A stretch of 64,000 nucleotides of DNA, from NCBI RefSeq assembly GCF_001194135.2, contig NC_068990.1:94156370-94220369 (forward strand). The letters run 5' to 3'. The DNA is from Octopus bimaculoides (Eukaryota). Both the position numbers and the translations under genes were made by a program. Positions 36,015 through 48,551 of the stretch are shown here, piece by piece. The stretch's first letter is position 1. Each line of letters opens with the position of its first letter. The notes beneath the pieces were generated by a model. It did no database searches, had not been told where the DNA came from, and saw nothing but the letters and a program-made list of their open reading frames with translations.

Positions 36015-37225
36015 TTTTTTTATTGGCCACAAGGGCCAACATAGAAGGGACAACACAACCTGATGTGGGGTCAGGTGAATCAGATGAATTTACACAAATT
36101 TATGAATTTAAAAATAAACAATAAATATACACGAATGATGAACAAACGAGAGACAATACAGATGGAGTGAAGAAACGAGTTCAGTTTGGACCCCACAAGC
36201 CGTTTTACTGCCAATACTGATGATAAATCCTTTGGTGCATTCATGTGGTTTCATTCACTCACAGCACTCGTGCTACATGCATCCATCAATCTTTAAGCAT
36301 TTTCGCCGACAAGCATCTTCTCTCTAGCCCCACTTTTCTTTTTAGGTGAAAAGTGCAAAAATTCACCAGACCAGAGCCAGAGACAAAGCTGCCTGTCATT
36401 GTCCCTTTTATTCTCAACTTCCAAATCACCTCTTCCAGAAAGGAAAAGGTTCCTCAGTAACATTGCTAGGGCAAAGACTTTTGGAAATTATCCAGAGTCT
36501 TCGGCCCAAATGTACATTGGAAGAGACTGTCGAGCTGATTATACCAGAGACCCAGGGTCACCCCTAGGGTATTGTCACATCCAACCCCTACCAAACCACT
36601 ATAAAAAAAATGCGGTTGAACCACCACCTTGGGCATTCCCCGAGTGACAGAATAGCAGGAGTGGCTTGCGACACTCCATATGCCATTTACCCAACTTAGA
36701 TCTTCAATAGCACCAAAACTAGTGAACGTGGGAAACATCCGTTTCGCCAGTGGCGACTACATCTATTAACCATCCAGGAGCCAAAGATGCCTCCACCTCA
36801 GTGCATGTTTGTGCATCAACAGTCAAGGCATCCCTAGTCCTTCCTTTAATAGTTTTTGACAGCAGGTAGAGCATCTCCAAGTGGTCTCAAGCCCTTCCAC
36901 CCTCCCTTTCAGGGATAGCCACCGCCAAGACCATCCATGACACACACCAACCTCTTTACTAGCACCTTGGCCAAAATCTTCAACTCTGTGTTTAACAGAG
37001 TGATGGGCTGGAAATTATCTATACAATCCCCCTTGTCTGGGTCCTTTCTGATCAGTATCACCACTCCCCAGCGCACAGATTTGGGAATTAACCCATTCTG
37101 TTGCCAGTTTGTGTACACATCAGCCAGCAGGTGCCCAAACAAGTCTGGCATACTCTTATATAACTTGTAGGGTAGACCATCCAGCCCTGGTGAGTTACCT
37201 ATGCCACAGTCTGTTATAGCCTCAA
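36015..37225 (-). mobile_element. Tx1/L1-clade LINE, truncated and internally deleted
   Basis: RT N-terminus GNSPGLDGLPYKLYKSMPDLFGHLLADVYTNWQQNGLIP...ILIRKDPDKGDCIDNFQPITLLNTELKILAKVL (ORF 36909-37310). It joins directly to later ORF2 motifs (LKGRVE; EGLGMP*LLMHKHALRWRHL), and the 3' end has CCTTGTGGCCAATAAA at ~36015-36035. Confidence 0.85.
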
Positions 37226-37604
37226 TCACATATATATCATTAAACCTTGTGTGTACACTTAGATATACAAATACTACTGAATGAGCTCCACATAGATTAT
37301 CATTGTCCATTCAGCTTCCAATCAACCACTGTAGTTAGCAGTGTTACTAGTTATGACACATAGAGCATACGCAGTGGAAATGAAGATAAAACACCAGGAA
37401 CTAAATATTTACACTGGTGCTTATCTTAATTTTCAGTAACAATAGATAACAATAGTATCACATATGAATAAATAGTTAATTGATATACAAGAAATATGTC
37501 CTTTCAAACATGTAGAGACATATTTATAGAATAAATATGGATTTACATAATTAATCCATCAATAAAACTAAGTAAAACTCTGATACTTTATTTATTTATA
37601 TATT

Positions 37605-38324
37605 CATCATCATCATCATCATCATCGGCAGAGTTTCTACATGATTTGGCAGAGTTTCTACAGCTGGATGCCCTTCCTAACGCCAACCACTCAGAGAGTG
37701 TAGTGGGTGCTTTTACGTGTCACCCGCACGAAAACGGCCACGCTCGAAATGGTGTCTTTTATGTGCCNNNNNNNNNNNNNNNNNNNNNNNNNNNNNNNNN
37801 NNNNNNNNNNNNNNNNNNNNNNNNNNNNNNNNNNNNNNNNAACTCTGATACTTTATTTATTTATATATTCATCATCATCATCATCATCATCGGCAGAGTT
37901 TCTACATGATTTGGCAGAGTTTCTACAGCTGGATGCCCTTCCTAACGCCAACCACTCAGAGAGTGTAGTGGGTGCTTTTACGTGTCACCCGCACGAAAAC
38001 GGCCACGCTCGAAATGGTGTCTTTTATGTGCCACCCGCACAAGCCAGTCCAGGGGCACTGGCAACGATCTCGCTCGAAAATCCTACAGGAGCCAGTCAGG
38101 CGGTACTGGCAATGGCCACGCTCAAAATGGTGCATCTCATGTGCCACCCGCACAAGAACCAGTCCAGGGGCACTGGCAACGATCTTACTTGGCTTGCCGG
38201 GTCTTCTCACGCACAGCCCATTTCCAAAGGTCTCGGTCCGTAGTCATCGCCTCGGTGAGGCCCAATGTACGAAGGTCTTGCCTCACCACCTCAGCCCAGG
38301 TCTTCCTGGGCCTACCTCTTCCAC
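37605..38324 (-). mobile_element. 5'-truncated RTE-clade LINE (ORF2 C-terminus, 3' UTR, (GAT)n tail); left part duplicated across the gap 37768-37840
   Basis: RGRGRPRKTWAEVVRQDLRTLGLTEAMTTDRDLWKWAVREKTRQAK* is the typical RTE ORF2 end; the UTR sub-repeats and tail follow. Confidence 0.92.
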
Positions 38325-38577
38325 GATCTTTAAAATGGCCAGTGATTACTTTCGGTTTAAATACATTTAGATTAATATTACTGGAGATATATAAAAACAT
38401 TTTTTGACCCTCATGAATTTTATTTACTTAATTTTTCCATTTGAATTTTGTTCTTCTTTTGTTGTACTTTATGTATTTGAATTGTTAATGCCCACACTGC
38501 TAAACATAGGTATTTTCAATCCATACTATGCAATCTGGCAGTCTTTTGAATTTCATCAGTCCTTTTGAACCAACACA

Positions 38578-39096
38578 GCTACAATTATCTCTGCCTACAC
38601 CCCACAAGTGGGCCTACTAAATGATCAGAAGGACCATTTTTATGATGCCCTTCTACAGGCTACCTCAAAGACGAGTGGCAATGACCTCATCTTTGTAGCT
38701 GGAGATTTTAATATGCATGTTGCGTGGCAATCCGGTATCTTCACTGGTGTACACAGGGGCCATGGTATTGGTTCCTGAAACAATGAGGGAACTAGGCTAC
38801 TGGAGTTCTGTGATGCATGTAACCTTTTAATCTGCAACAGCAATTTCAAGAAACCAGACAGCCACCTGATAACCTATCAATCAGGTGACTCTGCTAGCCA
38901 GATTGGTTTCATGCTCACCAGACAGTGGGACGCAGGGCTGGTCTTAAATATAAAGACCCTCCTGGATGGAGAATGTACCCCCCAGCATAGACTAGTCATT
39001 AATGACTTTAGGCTCGAGGCCAGAAGGATACCAAGAAGCAGACCAATCCAAAAAAGGATTTGGAAGCTAAAGAACCCTTCACATGGTCAGAGATTT
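38578..39096 (+). mobile_element. RTE-clade LINE apurinic-type endonuclease fragment
   Basis: ATIISAYTPQVG...FYDALL...FVAGDFNMHV...GHGIGS*NNEGTRLLEFCDACNLLICNSNFKKPDSHLITYQSG...SQIGF...ECTPQHRLVINDF: APE motifs in one frame with a single stop. Confidence 0.92.
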
Positions 39097-39200
39097 AGGT
39101 CTTCCTGGGTCTACCTCTTCCACAGGTACCCTTAACCGCAAGGCTGTGGCACTTTTTCACACAGCTATCCTCGTCCATTCTCACCACATGACCATTTCAA
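39097..39200 (-). mobile_element. RTE ORF2 late fragment
   Basis: Minus frame GHVVRMDEDSCVKKCHSLAVKGTCGRGRPRKT*. Confidence 0.85.
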
Positions 39201-39897
39201 GTATCTTTTATATTTTATACATTTCACAAAATAATCAGTATCGTGTTATGTTCTCATGCAAATGAAATGTAAACTAAGCTTAAATATAAACAATTTATAA
39301 CTTCAGAACAATTTACATTAAATTATAAATTGATCAGGTGATCAATTCTCAATTACCTGCCAATGACAAGTTTGATCTCAAAATTCTACTATTAATTCAA
39401 CAACAGCCCAATCGATTCTTTAACTACCATTTCCTATTCTTCTTTAGGCAATCAAACTAACAGATCTCATGTCTTATATCTTTATTATTATTTTTTAATT
39501 TTTACAATTTTGCACTGATTTCTCTTAAATATTGTCCATGAACAAAATGCTTTGAACTGGATGTTGATTTCTTTAAAATTAAAATCTCTCAACTTAAACT
39601 CGTATCACTTGAATGTATTTCCATCTTAATGCCATCAGCTTGTCACTTTCTTTCAAATATTATGAAAGAAAAACGAAAATAAAGCAAATGATAAAAACTA
39701 GAATGATAAACACTTTTAATGCCTGGAAGGAGAATTTTCAAGGAAGTTTAGCAGGTTGATTCATTTTGCAAGTGTTTGGGAAAATGCATTTTTTAGTAGT
39801 TTCCAGCTGAACTGGAATTGACTAACTTCAAGGCCCACATAGAAAGTGCTAGCTTTTCACTTATTTAACTGAAGGTCAAAAGAACTAAGCACTTAGA

Positions 39898-39953
39898 ACA
39901 TCATCATCATCATCATCATCGTTTAACGTCCGCTTTCCATGCTNNNNNNNNNN
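39898..39953 (-). mobile_element. RTE tail fragment cut by a 10-N gap (39944-39953)
   Basis: (CAT)n-CGTTTAACGTCCGCTTTCCATGCT followed by Ns. Confidence 0.8.
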
Positions 39954-41328
39954 ATCGTTTTCATAAAGATATGCCATAAAAATGAATTTTAATTTCACTT
40001 TTCTGATTCTTGGTTTGCATAAGAATAACAGGGTAAAAATATAAAATATAGAATGAATGATGAAAAGATAAAAAAAAGGCCTTCAGAAACAGATTATTTT
40101 TTCCCCCATTCAAAGTGAAAGCATAATAATTGAGCCGGCTTCTTATCATTACTGTGAACAATACATATCCTTTTAATTACCTCAAGTTCAAGGAAGAATG
40201 GTTGCAGCTGGGTTTTTAATGGTAATACCAAGGTATCTTACCAAAATTCTTTAATACTTACCAGATAATATTTTGAAATATATTTAAACTTTTCCAAAAT
40301 AGCTCCTTGATTATCTTACTGAACTTAGAGTTTGACATACAAAAAGTTTCATTTCACAATTGCAGCAGCAAATTAGGATATTGTACACTAAGCAGAATGC
40401 CACATGCATTCACTCGTTCATTTACTTTTAATAATTAACAGAATTTGTAATTTGGTTTTGGTTCCTAGTTGGGACAGATTCACTTATTGTACTAATTTTC
40501 TGAGAAAGGGCATCTTTGCTACAACTTCCAATGTCCTCCAGAGAAATCACTGCTTATATTTTAAATATTCATGCCAACTGGTTTTATCTGAAGTTATACA
40601 TCTTTCACTGTGATTTTTCCAATTACTTCCATGATTTTGTCCCCCCCCCCCCAGTCTTCAAACTCTTGAGATCATCCAGTCGTATCTCTATGTTCTGCAT
40701 CCAAATCAATAATGATCATAGTTTTCTTCTTTGTGAGACCAATGAGACATTACAGAAGTGAAAAACAAAGTCAGTCAATAATGTCCTGGGGTAATTCAGC
40801 TGATCATATCCCTTCACCTCAACAATATTCACCTGTCTTACTAAAATGAAAACTCTGGTTATAAATGAAATTGTTACTTAAATGAATTTGTGATAGATGT
40901 GAATTTGCAAGGTGAATTCTACATCTTGATTTCATTTGACATCAGAAATGCTTAAATGTTACAATTTCCTATTTTTTCCTTTCTCTATAATTTTAAGGAT
41001 TTTTCTCTCATAAAGAAATTTTAAAAATATTTTAAGTATATTACCTTGATTTGTTTCTATCATGTGAAGTTTTTAATTTTTGTGATATGAATTTTAATTC
41101 ATTCTATTTTAAAATTAGGATAACATTTATTATTTTGTTGTGTCTGGGGAGAGTCATATTGCCTTTATATCTAACACACTCACTGGTTCAATTTTACTAT
41201 TTTACTCATTAAAAATTATTAAGGAATTGACTTAACTTTTTTCTTTCTCTTTTTTTTTTTTTGAAATACATTTCAATGAGATAAAAAAAAAGGGCTTCGA
41301 TTTCAATATAATAATGGCTTCAGTAGTT

Positions 41329-41840
41329 GGAAAATGGGTCCCACATGACCTGCCTCCAGAGAATCTGCACTGTGTCACTTGTTGTTAGTCATTGCTTACA
41401 CAACACCATCAGATGCCATTTTTGGATAGGTTTGTTACTGGTGATGAAAAGTGGATCATTTATCATAACATTTAACACTGTCATCAATGGATCAGTCGAG
41501 GAAGCAGACCTCCTCAGCAACCAAGAGGACATCATCATCCAAAAAAGGTCATGTTGAGTGTATGGTGGGATATTCAAGGAATTATCCATTATGAACTATC
41601 AGACAATAATCAAGCAATCAACACCAATCTCTCCTGTGATCAACTTCACCATTTGAAAGTAGCTTTGGACAAAAATCGCCCATCCTTAGTCAACAGAAAG
41701 GGAGTCATCCTACATCACAATAATGGCCATCCACACACTACACAACTGACTAAAAATCTTTTAGAAGAGTTTCATTGCTTGAAATTGCTTCATCCTTCAT
41801 ATTCTCCTGATCTTGCACCTTCTGACTATCACTTGTTTAC
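41329..41840 (+). mobile_element. Mariner (D,D34D) transposase pseudogene, Mos1/Hsmar1-like catalytic domain
   Basis: GKWVPHDL...FLDRFVTGDEKWIIYHN...KKVMLSVWWDIQGIIHYEL...LVNRKGVILHHNNGHPH...HPSYSPDLAPSDYHLF, one frame with two stops; the second catalytic D reads N. Confidence 0.95.
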
Positions 41841-42544
41841 TTTGCTTCTATGTAATCCAAATTGTGAGTCATGTTTCATTCCAGATGGGTTGATAAATAA
41901 CTAGTTGCTACACTAATGACTGAAATAAAATAGAACTTATACTTTGAATAGTGCAGCTATAAATTTCTTATCAGCAATCATAGATGTCTTCTTGTATTTT
42001 CAGATAACATAGGTACCAAGCAAACAACTGACGACTGCATGAAGATAACCTTTAGGACAGGATGTTGTACACCTGTTGATGCCCCAGGCCAAACATTTTC
42101 TTTATTCTAGCCATATGGCTGGCTCTTTTTTTTTTTAACCTCAAGAAATTGCATTGTGTAAGTGCCTACACACAAAACTGTTAAATTCATTTAAAATATA
42201 TTTTATGAGGTGTCAAAATGTTTTGTTGCACAACTGCAACTTGGTCACTGATTGACTTTTTGCAAAACTCCTTCTCCTGATTAACCTTTAAAAGAAAAAC
42301 TCATTCACAGCTTTCTCAGTCAACTGGTTAATCATCTTAGTTGTTTGAGTGAGTAATTGGAGAGGAGACCAGAAGTTTTCATTCCAAGCCTTTTCCTCAA
42401 TCTAATTTTTACACTATGAATTATTTTGTATTTGTAAATGCTTTAGTTCTTCTTCTGCAGCAGATATGGCTTCAGTGTTGCAATTTGAACACATGTAGGT
42501 TGTCAACACAAAGTGTGCCAAGAGGTGCCAATCACTTAAAGTGG

Positions 42545-43025
42545 AGGGAAGTTGTGGAAGAGGGCAACCCCAGGAAGACATGAGATGAAGCTTGAAAGCT
42601 AATCTCAAAACCCTGAACCTTACAAAGGAGAAGACAGAGGACTGCGAAGCCCTGCCCACCACAAGAGGACTGAGGTTCTAAAACCAAGGTACCATATAAA
42701 AGAGCACTGATGTGGGTGCTGGTGCACCCACTTAAAAAGCACCTGGGGTGGTTCCACATAAAAAGCACTTAGTACAATTTGTGGAGTGGTTGGCATTGGG
42801 AAGGACATCCAGCTGTAGGAACCAGACCAGACTATGGAACCTAGTATGGTCCCTGACCTTCCCAGTTCCTATCAAACTATCCAACCCATACCAGAATGGA
42901 AAACAGACATTAACTGATGATGATGATGATGACGACAACGACGACGACGACAACGACCACGATGACGACAATGACAACGATTATGGTGATGATGGTGATG
43001 ATGATGATGATGATGATGATGATGG
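42545..43025 (+). mobile_element. Older RTE LINE 3' end (ORF2 tail remnant, UTR, degenerate (GAT/GAC)n tail)
   Basis: GTGGAAGAGGGCAACCCCAGGAAGACATGAG (GRGRPRKTW-like) followed by GTGGTTGGCATTGGGAAGGACATCCAGCTGTAG and a trinucleotide tail. Confidence 0.75.
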
Positions 43026-43044
43026 TATATAAAATACATTCCTG

Positions 43045-43420
43045 TATGTATGTTGCCAATCTTTCCACTCTAACCATGGAGGCTGCTTTTATGGTAATGT
43101 TTATATGCATCCACTGCTGGTTGCATATCTTTGACTTTTTGCACGTTCCATCTGCTAATTATGAATATTACAACTATAACATAATCCTGAGCCCTCAGAA
43201 ACAGCTGTTGGACTTGAATTACTATGCCTTCTCCCCTAAGTTTTCTGTATATTTTTGCACTCCATGTAAATCTTTTCTGTAAATATATAAATATCTCAAT
43301 ACTTATACACGAATGTTCATCTTTTGAATATTTTCAGTTTTTGCTTCTCTTTATATGTATTGACATGTGTATATGTATATATATTTTATATATCAAGCCC
43401 AACCATGTTTATCTGCATTA
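43045..43420 (+). mobile_element. Second copy of the 16800-17160 dispersed repeat
   Basis: Colinear similarity, including GAAACAGCTGTTG at 43198-43210. Confidence 0.6.
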
Positions 43421-43599
43421 ATATCTGTCTATCTATCTTCCTATTTATCTACAAATGTGTGTGTGTGTGTACTATACATACATATGCATGTGTGAAAGAG
43501 AGAGAGACACACACAGAGAAATACAAACCGTGGTTTTATTACAGAACAATCTAAACTAAGAGTCACATCTTTTTGAAGTATAGGAAAATATATTACAGC

Positions 43600-44335
43600 C
43601 ATTTTCAATAGTTCGGAGAGAGGTTGCTCCTTCTGTACACCACTGCTGAATCCATGCCACATAAATTCAATGTATGACATCCATATGGTAAGGAAATGGC
43701 AAGAGGATTTTTTTCATTAAATATCCTTTGTACTCCTTTGTACTTGTTGCCAAATTGACACTATTGTTATATCTTTGACTTATGGAGTCTTCCAAGAGAA
43801 AGCAATTTTTATTCAATATTTCTTTTATCAAATTCACAATCTCAGAGACTGTTTTCTCACAACGGCCTTTAAAAGGTAGAAATCTCTCTTGAATTTTAAA
43901 CTCTCCATCTATACTTTGAAGGTAATGTATGGTAAATGTCAGTTTGACATGGAATCAGGTTTTGCTTTAACTATTATTGGATAGTATTTGCCTTTTATTT
44001 ATTTTTTTTGTTTTTCAGAGAGTATGTGATGTGTTTCAAAATGAAATCAGAGTAAAGAGAAATAAATTCATTTTGTTATTCAACTGACAATTGATTTTCT
44101 TGTAACTTTCCTTTTTTTGCTAACTTTCATTGACCTTCCTGGCATGGATTTTAAGTATGGGATCCGCAAAGGACAAAACTTCATCCATCCCAAAGAAATT
44201 ACTGTTGTGAATAATGCCAATTAGATGAGATGTACCATAGAACGCAAACTCCTTTTTTGTCCATAAATATAATAATACCTAAAAGACAATGTAAAATATT
44301 AGTCTAGATAACCTTTTCTTCAAAAATTTGTTCAA
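43600..44335 (-). mobile_element. hAT-superfamily transposase fossil (ZMYM1-like type)
   Basis: Minus frames: GTSHLIGIIHNSNFFGMDEVLSFADPILKIH; QNEFI; GKYYPIIV; IQERFLPF...LIKEIL...SQRYNNSVNL...NPLAISLPYGCHTLNLCGMDSA. These follow the hAT order NGNFLG / QNE.I / YYSI..D / ERFL / GQGYDNGANM / CHSLNL. Confidence 0.8.
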
Positions 44336-44587
44336 ACAGAAACTGTTCCCTGCATGTTGGAATAAATTCTTTGTTTCACCCTCTCCCTCTCTCTCTCTTC
44401 ATGGTACATAATTCAACTTATACTGATTACTACATAAATTCTCCAGAATTCACTCATATATAATTTTTACCATTTCCCTAGGGTAGACCATCCACTCTCA
44501 GTTATCAAAGCCAATTCATAAACTCAACCATTTCCAAAGAGTTGACACAGAAACAAAATATGGCTTCTTTCTTAATGCTCCAGACTG

Positions 44588-44624
<37 letters not shown>

Positions 44625-45337
44625 ATATTTCACCATTGTCATTCCTGTGGTTGCAGTTGTCAACAGGAAAAGATTGTCTTTTTCAGCTGGAATTTGTTCC
44701 TTATATCCGTGTCACATTACTGTTCAACAATTTTAAGGAATTCTTTTGTTTCTTTATGAGTTTGGCAAGCTTAGATCTTGATTTCTATGTTAAACTAGGG
44801 TAAAGAATGTTAGTTAAAGAATAAGCAATTATAATGCACAGTATGTAGAAAATTACACATGAGAACTCTAGTTGCGAGGAGAGTAAATTGACGGTTTCCA
44901 TTTAAAGAAACTACTAGTTAAAGCAAGGTTCATTTCCAGAAATAGAAAGAATGACTGAAAGATTTATAAACAATGAGATTCTACTTGGAACAGAAGCTAA
45001 CTTGATTCAGTCTACAATTTGTTAGCAAATCTTGAAACCAGAGTAAACCAGAGATGAAACTACTCAGTCACATCAACAAACGTTTGTCTTTTGCCCAGAA
45101 GGATAAAGTGAGAATTATGAGAACATCTCTAATTTGATATATTAATGGTGTCCATGGAAAAAAACGTTAAAAGTTTAGGATTACTGAGTGCATACGCACT
45201 AGATTTGAGAGGGGAATATTTTTGTTTTGTTATATACAAAACGGTCCTGTTAACGAAGGCACAAAACCAAGTGATTAAGAGTATTTGGTTCATTAGCATA
45301 AGGTCATTGGAGTAATTACTGGACAACACATTATGTC

Positions 45338-45520
45338 CTTCATCATCATCGTTTGACGTCTGCTTTCCATGCTGGCATGGGTTGGACGATTTGACTGAGA
45401 GCTGGCAAGCCAGAAGGCTGCACCAGGCCCCAATCTGATCTGGCAAAGTTTCTACAGCTGGATGCCCTTCCTAAAGCCAACCACTTTACAGATTAGATTG
45501 GGTGCTTTTCATGTGGCACT
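45338..45520 (-). mobile_element. RTE 3'-end copy
   Basis: (CAT)n-CGTTTGACGTCTGCTTTCCATGCTGGCATGGGTTGGACG...GGATGCCCTTCCTAAAGCCAACCAC. Confidence 0.85.
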
Positions 45521-45529
45521 ATTATTATT

Positions 45530-45960
45530 GAAACTAAGGCATAAGGCGGTGATCTGGCAGGATCGTTAGCACACTGGTATTTTGCCCATCACTATGTTCT
45601 GAGTTCAAATTCTGCCGAGGTCGACTTTGCCTTTCATCCTTTCAGGGTCAATACATTAAGTACCAGTGAAACACTAGGGTCAATCTAATCAACCAGTCCC
45701 CTCCCTGAAAATTTCAGACCTTGTGTCTATAGGAGAAAGAGTTATTGAAACTAAGGCAAGATGGCAGAATCCTTTGCACAGTAGACAAAATGCTACTGTG
45801 TTTGTCTCTGTGTTCTCATTTTAAATGCTGCCAGGGTTAACTTTGCCTTTCATCTTTCCAGGGTCAATAAAATAAGTACCAGTTATGCACTGGGGTTAAC
45901 AAAATTGATTATCGCTCTCCCACAAATTTTCAAGCCTTGTGACTACAATAGAAAGAATTA
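45530..45960 (+). mobile_element. Two tandem tRNA-derived SINE copies (~45530-45740, ~45755-45960)
   Basis: GTTCTGAGTTCAAATTCTGCCGAGGTCGACTTTGCCTTTCATCCTTTCAGGGTCAATACATTAAGTACCAGT and a diverged second copy. Confidence 0.85.
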
Positions 45961-47216
45961 TTGTTATTATTATAATTGAAATTATCATTTTGACTACTAA
46001 TGTTAGCATTGAAATATCTTGTGAAGAACCGAGGTGGCTTGTGACAATCAGCAGAACAACCCTGGTGGCATAATCAAAACATCACTCAAAGTCATTTCTA
46101 CATTCATTGCCAGTTATGAATGTATTATGATAACCTAGTGACAGTCTTTGAAAAAACAATAAACAAAAACATCAACAATCATTTCTATTTTTAAATATTT
46201 GTGTGTGTGACCTACTTTCTAAAATCCAAACATGCAACGAAGTATTGAAAGGACAGAAAATGGCTACAATCTTTAAGCAACAATAACAACTACACTCACA
46301 TAGAAATGAAAGCTCCATTCTCATAAAAATGTTTATGTTTCATTGTTAGAAAATAAAAAATACAACTTGGTCCATTGTCAATACGTTCATTTTTTTTTTT
46401 TTTTGTGTCATAAAATCATAAAAGTTCCATTGTTATATAACAGTTTAACACCAACCATTAAGATATGTGAAGGTTATAGAATAAGACTAATTTTGGTCTT
46501 GATCATTGGTATTATTGTCCAGATTCATGTCAAGTGAGAATACAGTTACTGATAGCATTGCAGTGTATCTATAGAAGAACTAGCAAACTCCGTGCCTACC
46601 AAACAAACAGACAAATGGATTAAGTTCTATCATTGAAGTTGAATGTTTGGTGTTTAGAAAAGGATGCAGCTGTTAAAATATAATCCAAATGTAAAAGAAT
46701 CCAATAAAATACTGCAAAGCATTTAATGCTGCTGTCCTGGCAATTTATCGTTCAAATAAAAATAATGATTTTTCTCACTTAAAAGAAGTTTGCACAACTA
46801 TAGAAGAAGGTTGTCCCTGATGAATCTATTACAGGACATAGCTGATACCTACTTACAGGAGGGATGAAATACAAAGTTGGTCCCAGCAACATAGTGAGGA
46901 TGAAAATAATAAAAGCTCTTTGCTTCTATCAACTCACCACCACCATTTTTGTGACTCTACCACTTTTATAAAAGCAGCAATAGTAATTCTGAGAAATATG
47001 AGCATACAACATTTTTAGTCTGTAGACTAAATTAATTCTTCTTGGGGTCTCCATCAGACAAAATTGACCATGCACTCGCAGAGTGAAGCCACTCATCACA
47101 GATTGACCTTGGACTCTGCTGTGCATGCGCACTAAGTTTTAACGTTCTAGCTCACTTCCGCTGTCTACAGCAGTACTTGAAAGGAAGGTGTGTAGCATGT
47201 GATCCTCACATTGACC

Positions 47217-48230
47217 ATGACAGAGAAAGTTGAGCAGAGAATCTGCATCAAATTTTGCCAAAAGCTTAGTAATTGTTGCTCAGAGGCCTGTGCAAAGTTG
47301 CAGAAAGTGTATTGGGAAGAGTGTATGAGCTGCATACAAGTGTACAAGTGGTTCAGACGTTTCCAAGATGGCCGAAAAAATGTCAATAGTGACAAACGTT
47401 CTGGAAGAGCCACAACTAGAAGAACTGAGAAAAACATCGTAGATGTGTGTGCAGCTGTGAGGAGAAATTGTTGAATCACCATCTGTGAATTATCAGGAGA
47501 TATGCAAATTAATTACAGTTCAGTTCAGTCCATTATCAATGAAGATTTGTGTATGAGACATGTATCTATCAAGTTTGAGCCAAAACTGCTTTCAGCTGAC
47601 CAAAAATCACTCAGGTTTCAGTTGCACAAGATCTCCTTGATTGTGTTGAGAATGATGAAAACTTTTTGAAAACGGTCATAATGTGTGATGAATCGTGGGT
47701 CTATGGCTATGACCCAGAAACAAGGGCTCAGTCTTCACAGTGGACAGCCCCAACTTCTCCATGACTGAAGAAAGCACAAATGAGTCAAAGCAATGTGTAG
47801 ACACTGTTGACCGTTTTCTTTGACTACAAGGGGATTATTCATCATGGGTGTGCTCCAGCTGGTCAGACAGGAAACAAGGAGTACTACCATGACATTTGGC
47901 GGCATTTGCAGGATGCTATTCATTGGAAAAGGCCACAATTGTATGCATCCACTGAGTGGCAATTGCACCATGACAACACACCTGCCCATTCAGTGCAGCA
48001 GTTTTTGGCTAGGCACAGCATCCCCCAACTCCAACAGCTTCCATATTACCAAGATCTCACCCCTTGTGACTTTTTCCTCTTTCCAAAAATCAAATCCTAC
48101 TTGAAAGAAAGAAGATATCAGGACGTTGAGGGAATCAAAGTATTTGCGACAAAGCAGCTGCTGATAATCCCAGAAAATGAGTTCCAGGAATGCTTCCTTC
48201 AATGGAAACCGCTGGATTAAGTGTGTGGCT
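47217..48230 (+). mobile_element. Near full-length mariner (D,D34D) transposase pseudogene
   Basis: MTEKVEQRICIKFC...VYKWFRRFQDGR...RSGR; CDESWVYGYDPET; TVFFDYKGIIH; LHHDNTPAH; LTPCDFFLFPKIK. Several stops and a frameshift. Confidence 0.95.
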
Positions 48231-48308
48231 TTGACATCTGGCAACTGACTTGGTCGACATCCACAATCTTTCCAACAACAACCTTGGTGGTGGTGATGAA
48301 GGTATATA

Positions 48309-48508
48309 CAAGGAGGTACTGAAAAGTTCCTGGCATCATGAAAGGCCTGGTTGGAGGCCCAACCTTCCAAGTTCTTTTACAGGGCTTAGAAACACTGAAG
48401 AACCGATGCAATAAGTGTGTGAAACTGAGAAGGGAATATGTTAGATAAAATCATAATTAACTGATCCTCTTGTATTTTCTTTTACCCAAAGCCAGGAACT
48501 TTTCAGCA

Positions 48509-48516
<8 letters not shown>
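48309..48516 (+). mobile_element. 208-bp internally deleted mariner (MITE-like) with terminal inverted repeats
   Basis: The left TIR CAAGGAGGTACTGAAAAGTTCCTGGC and the reverse complement of the right TIR CGAGGGGGTGCTGAAAAGTTCCTGGC match at 23/26. TA precedes the left end, and the interior has the transposase tail LKNRCNKCVKLRREYVR*. Confidence 0.85.

Positions 48517-48551
<35 letters not shown>

Noticed and set aside
46810-46890. CTGATGA...GAAA hammerhead-like spacing
   Set aside because: Stem II has only 4 weak pairs over 42 nt, and stems III and I do not pair.
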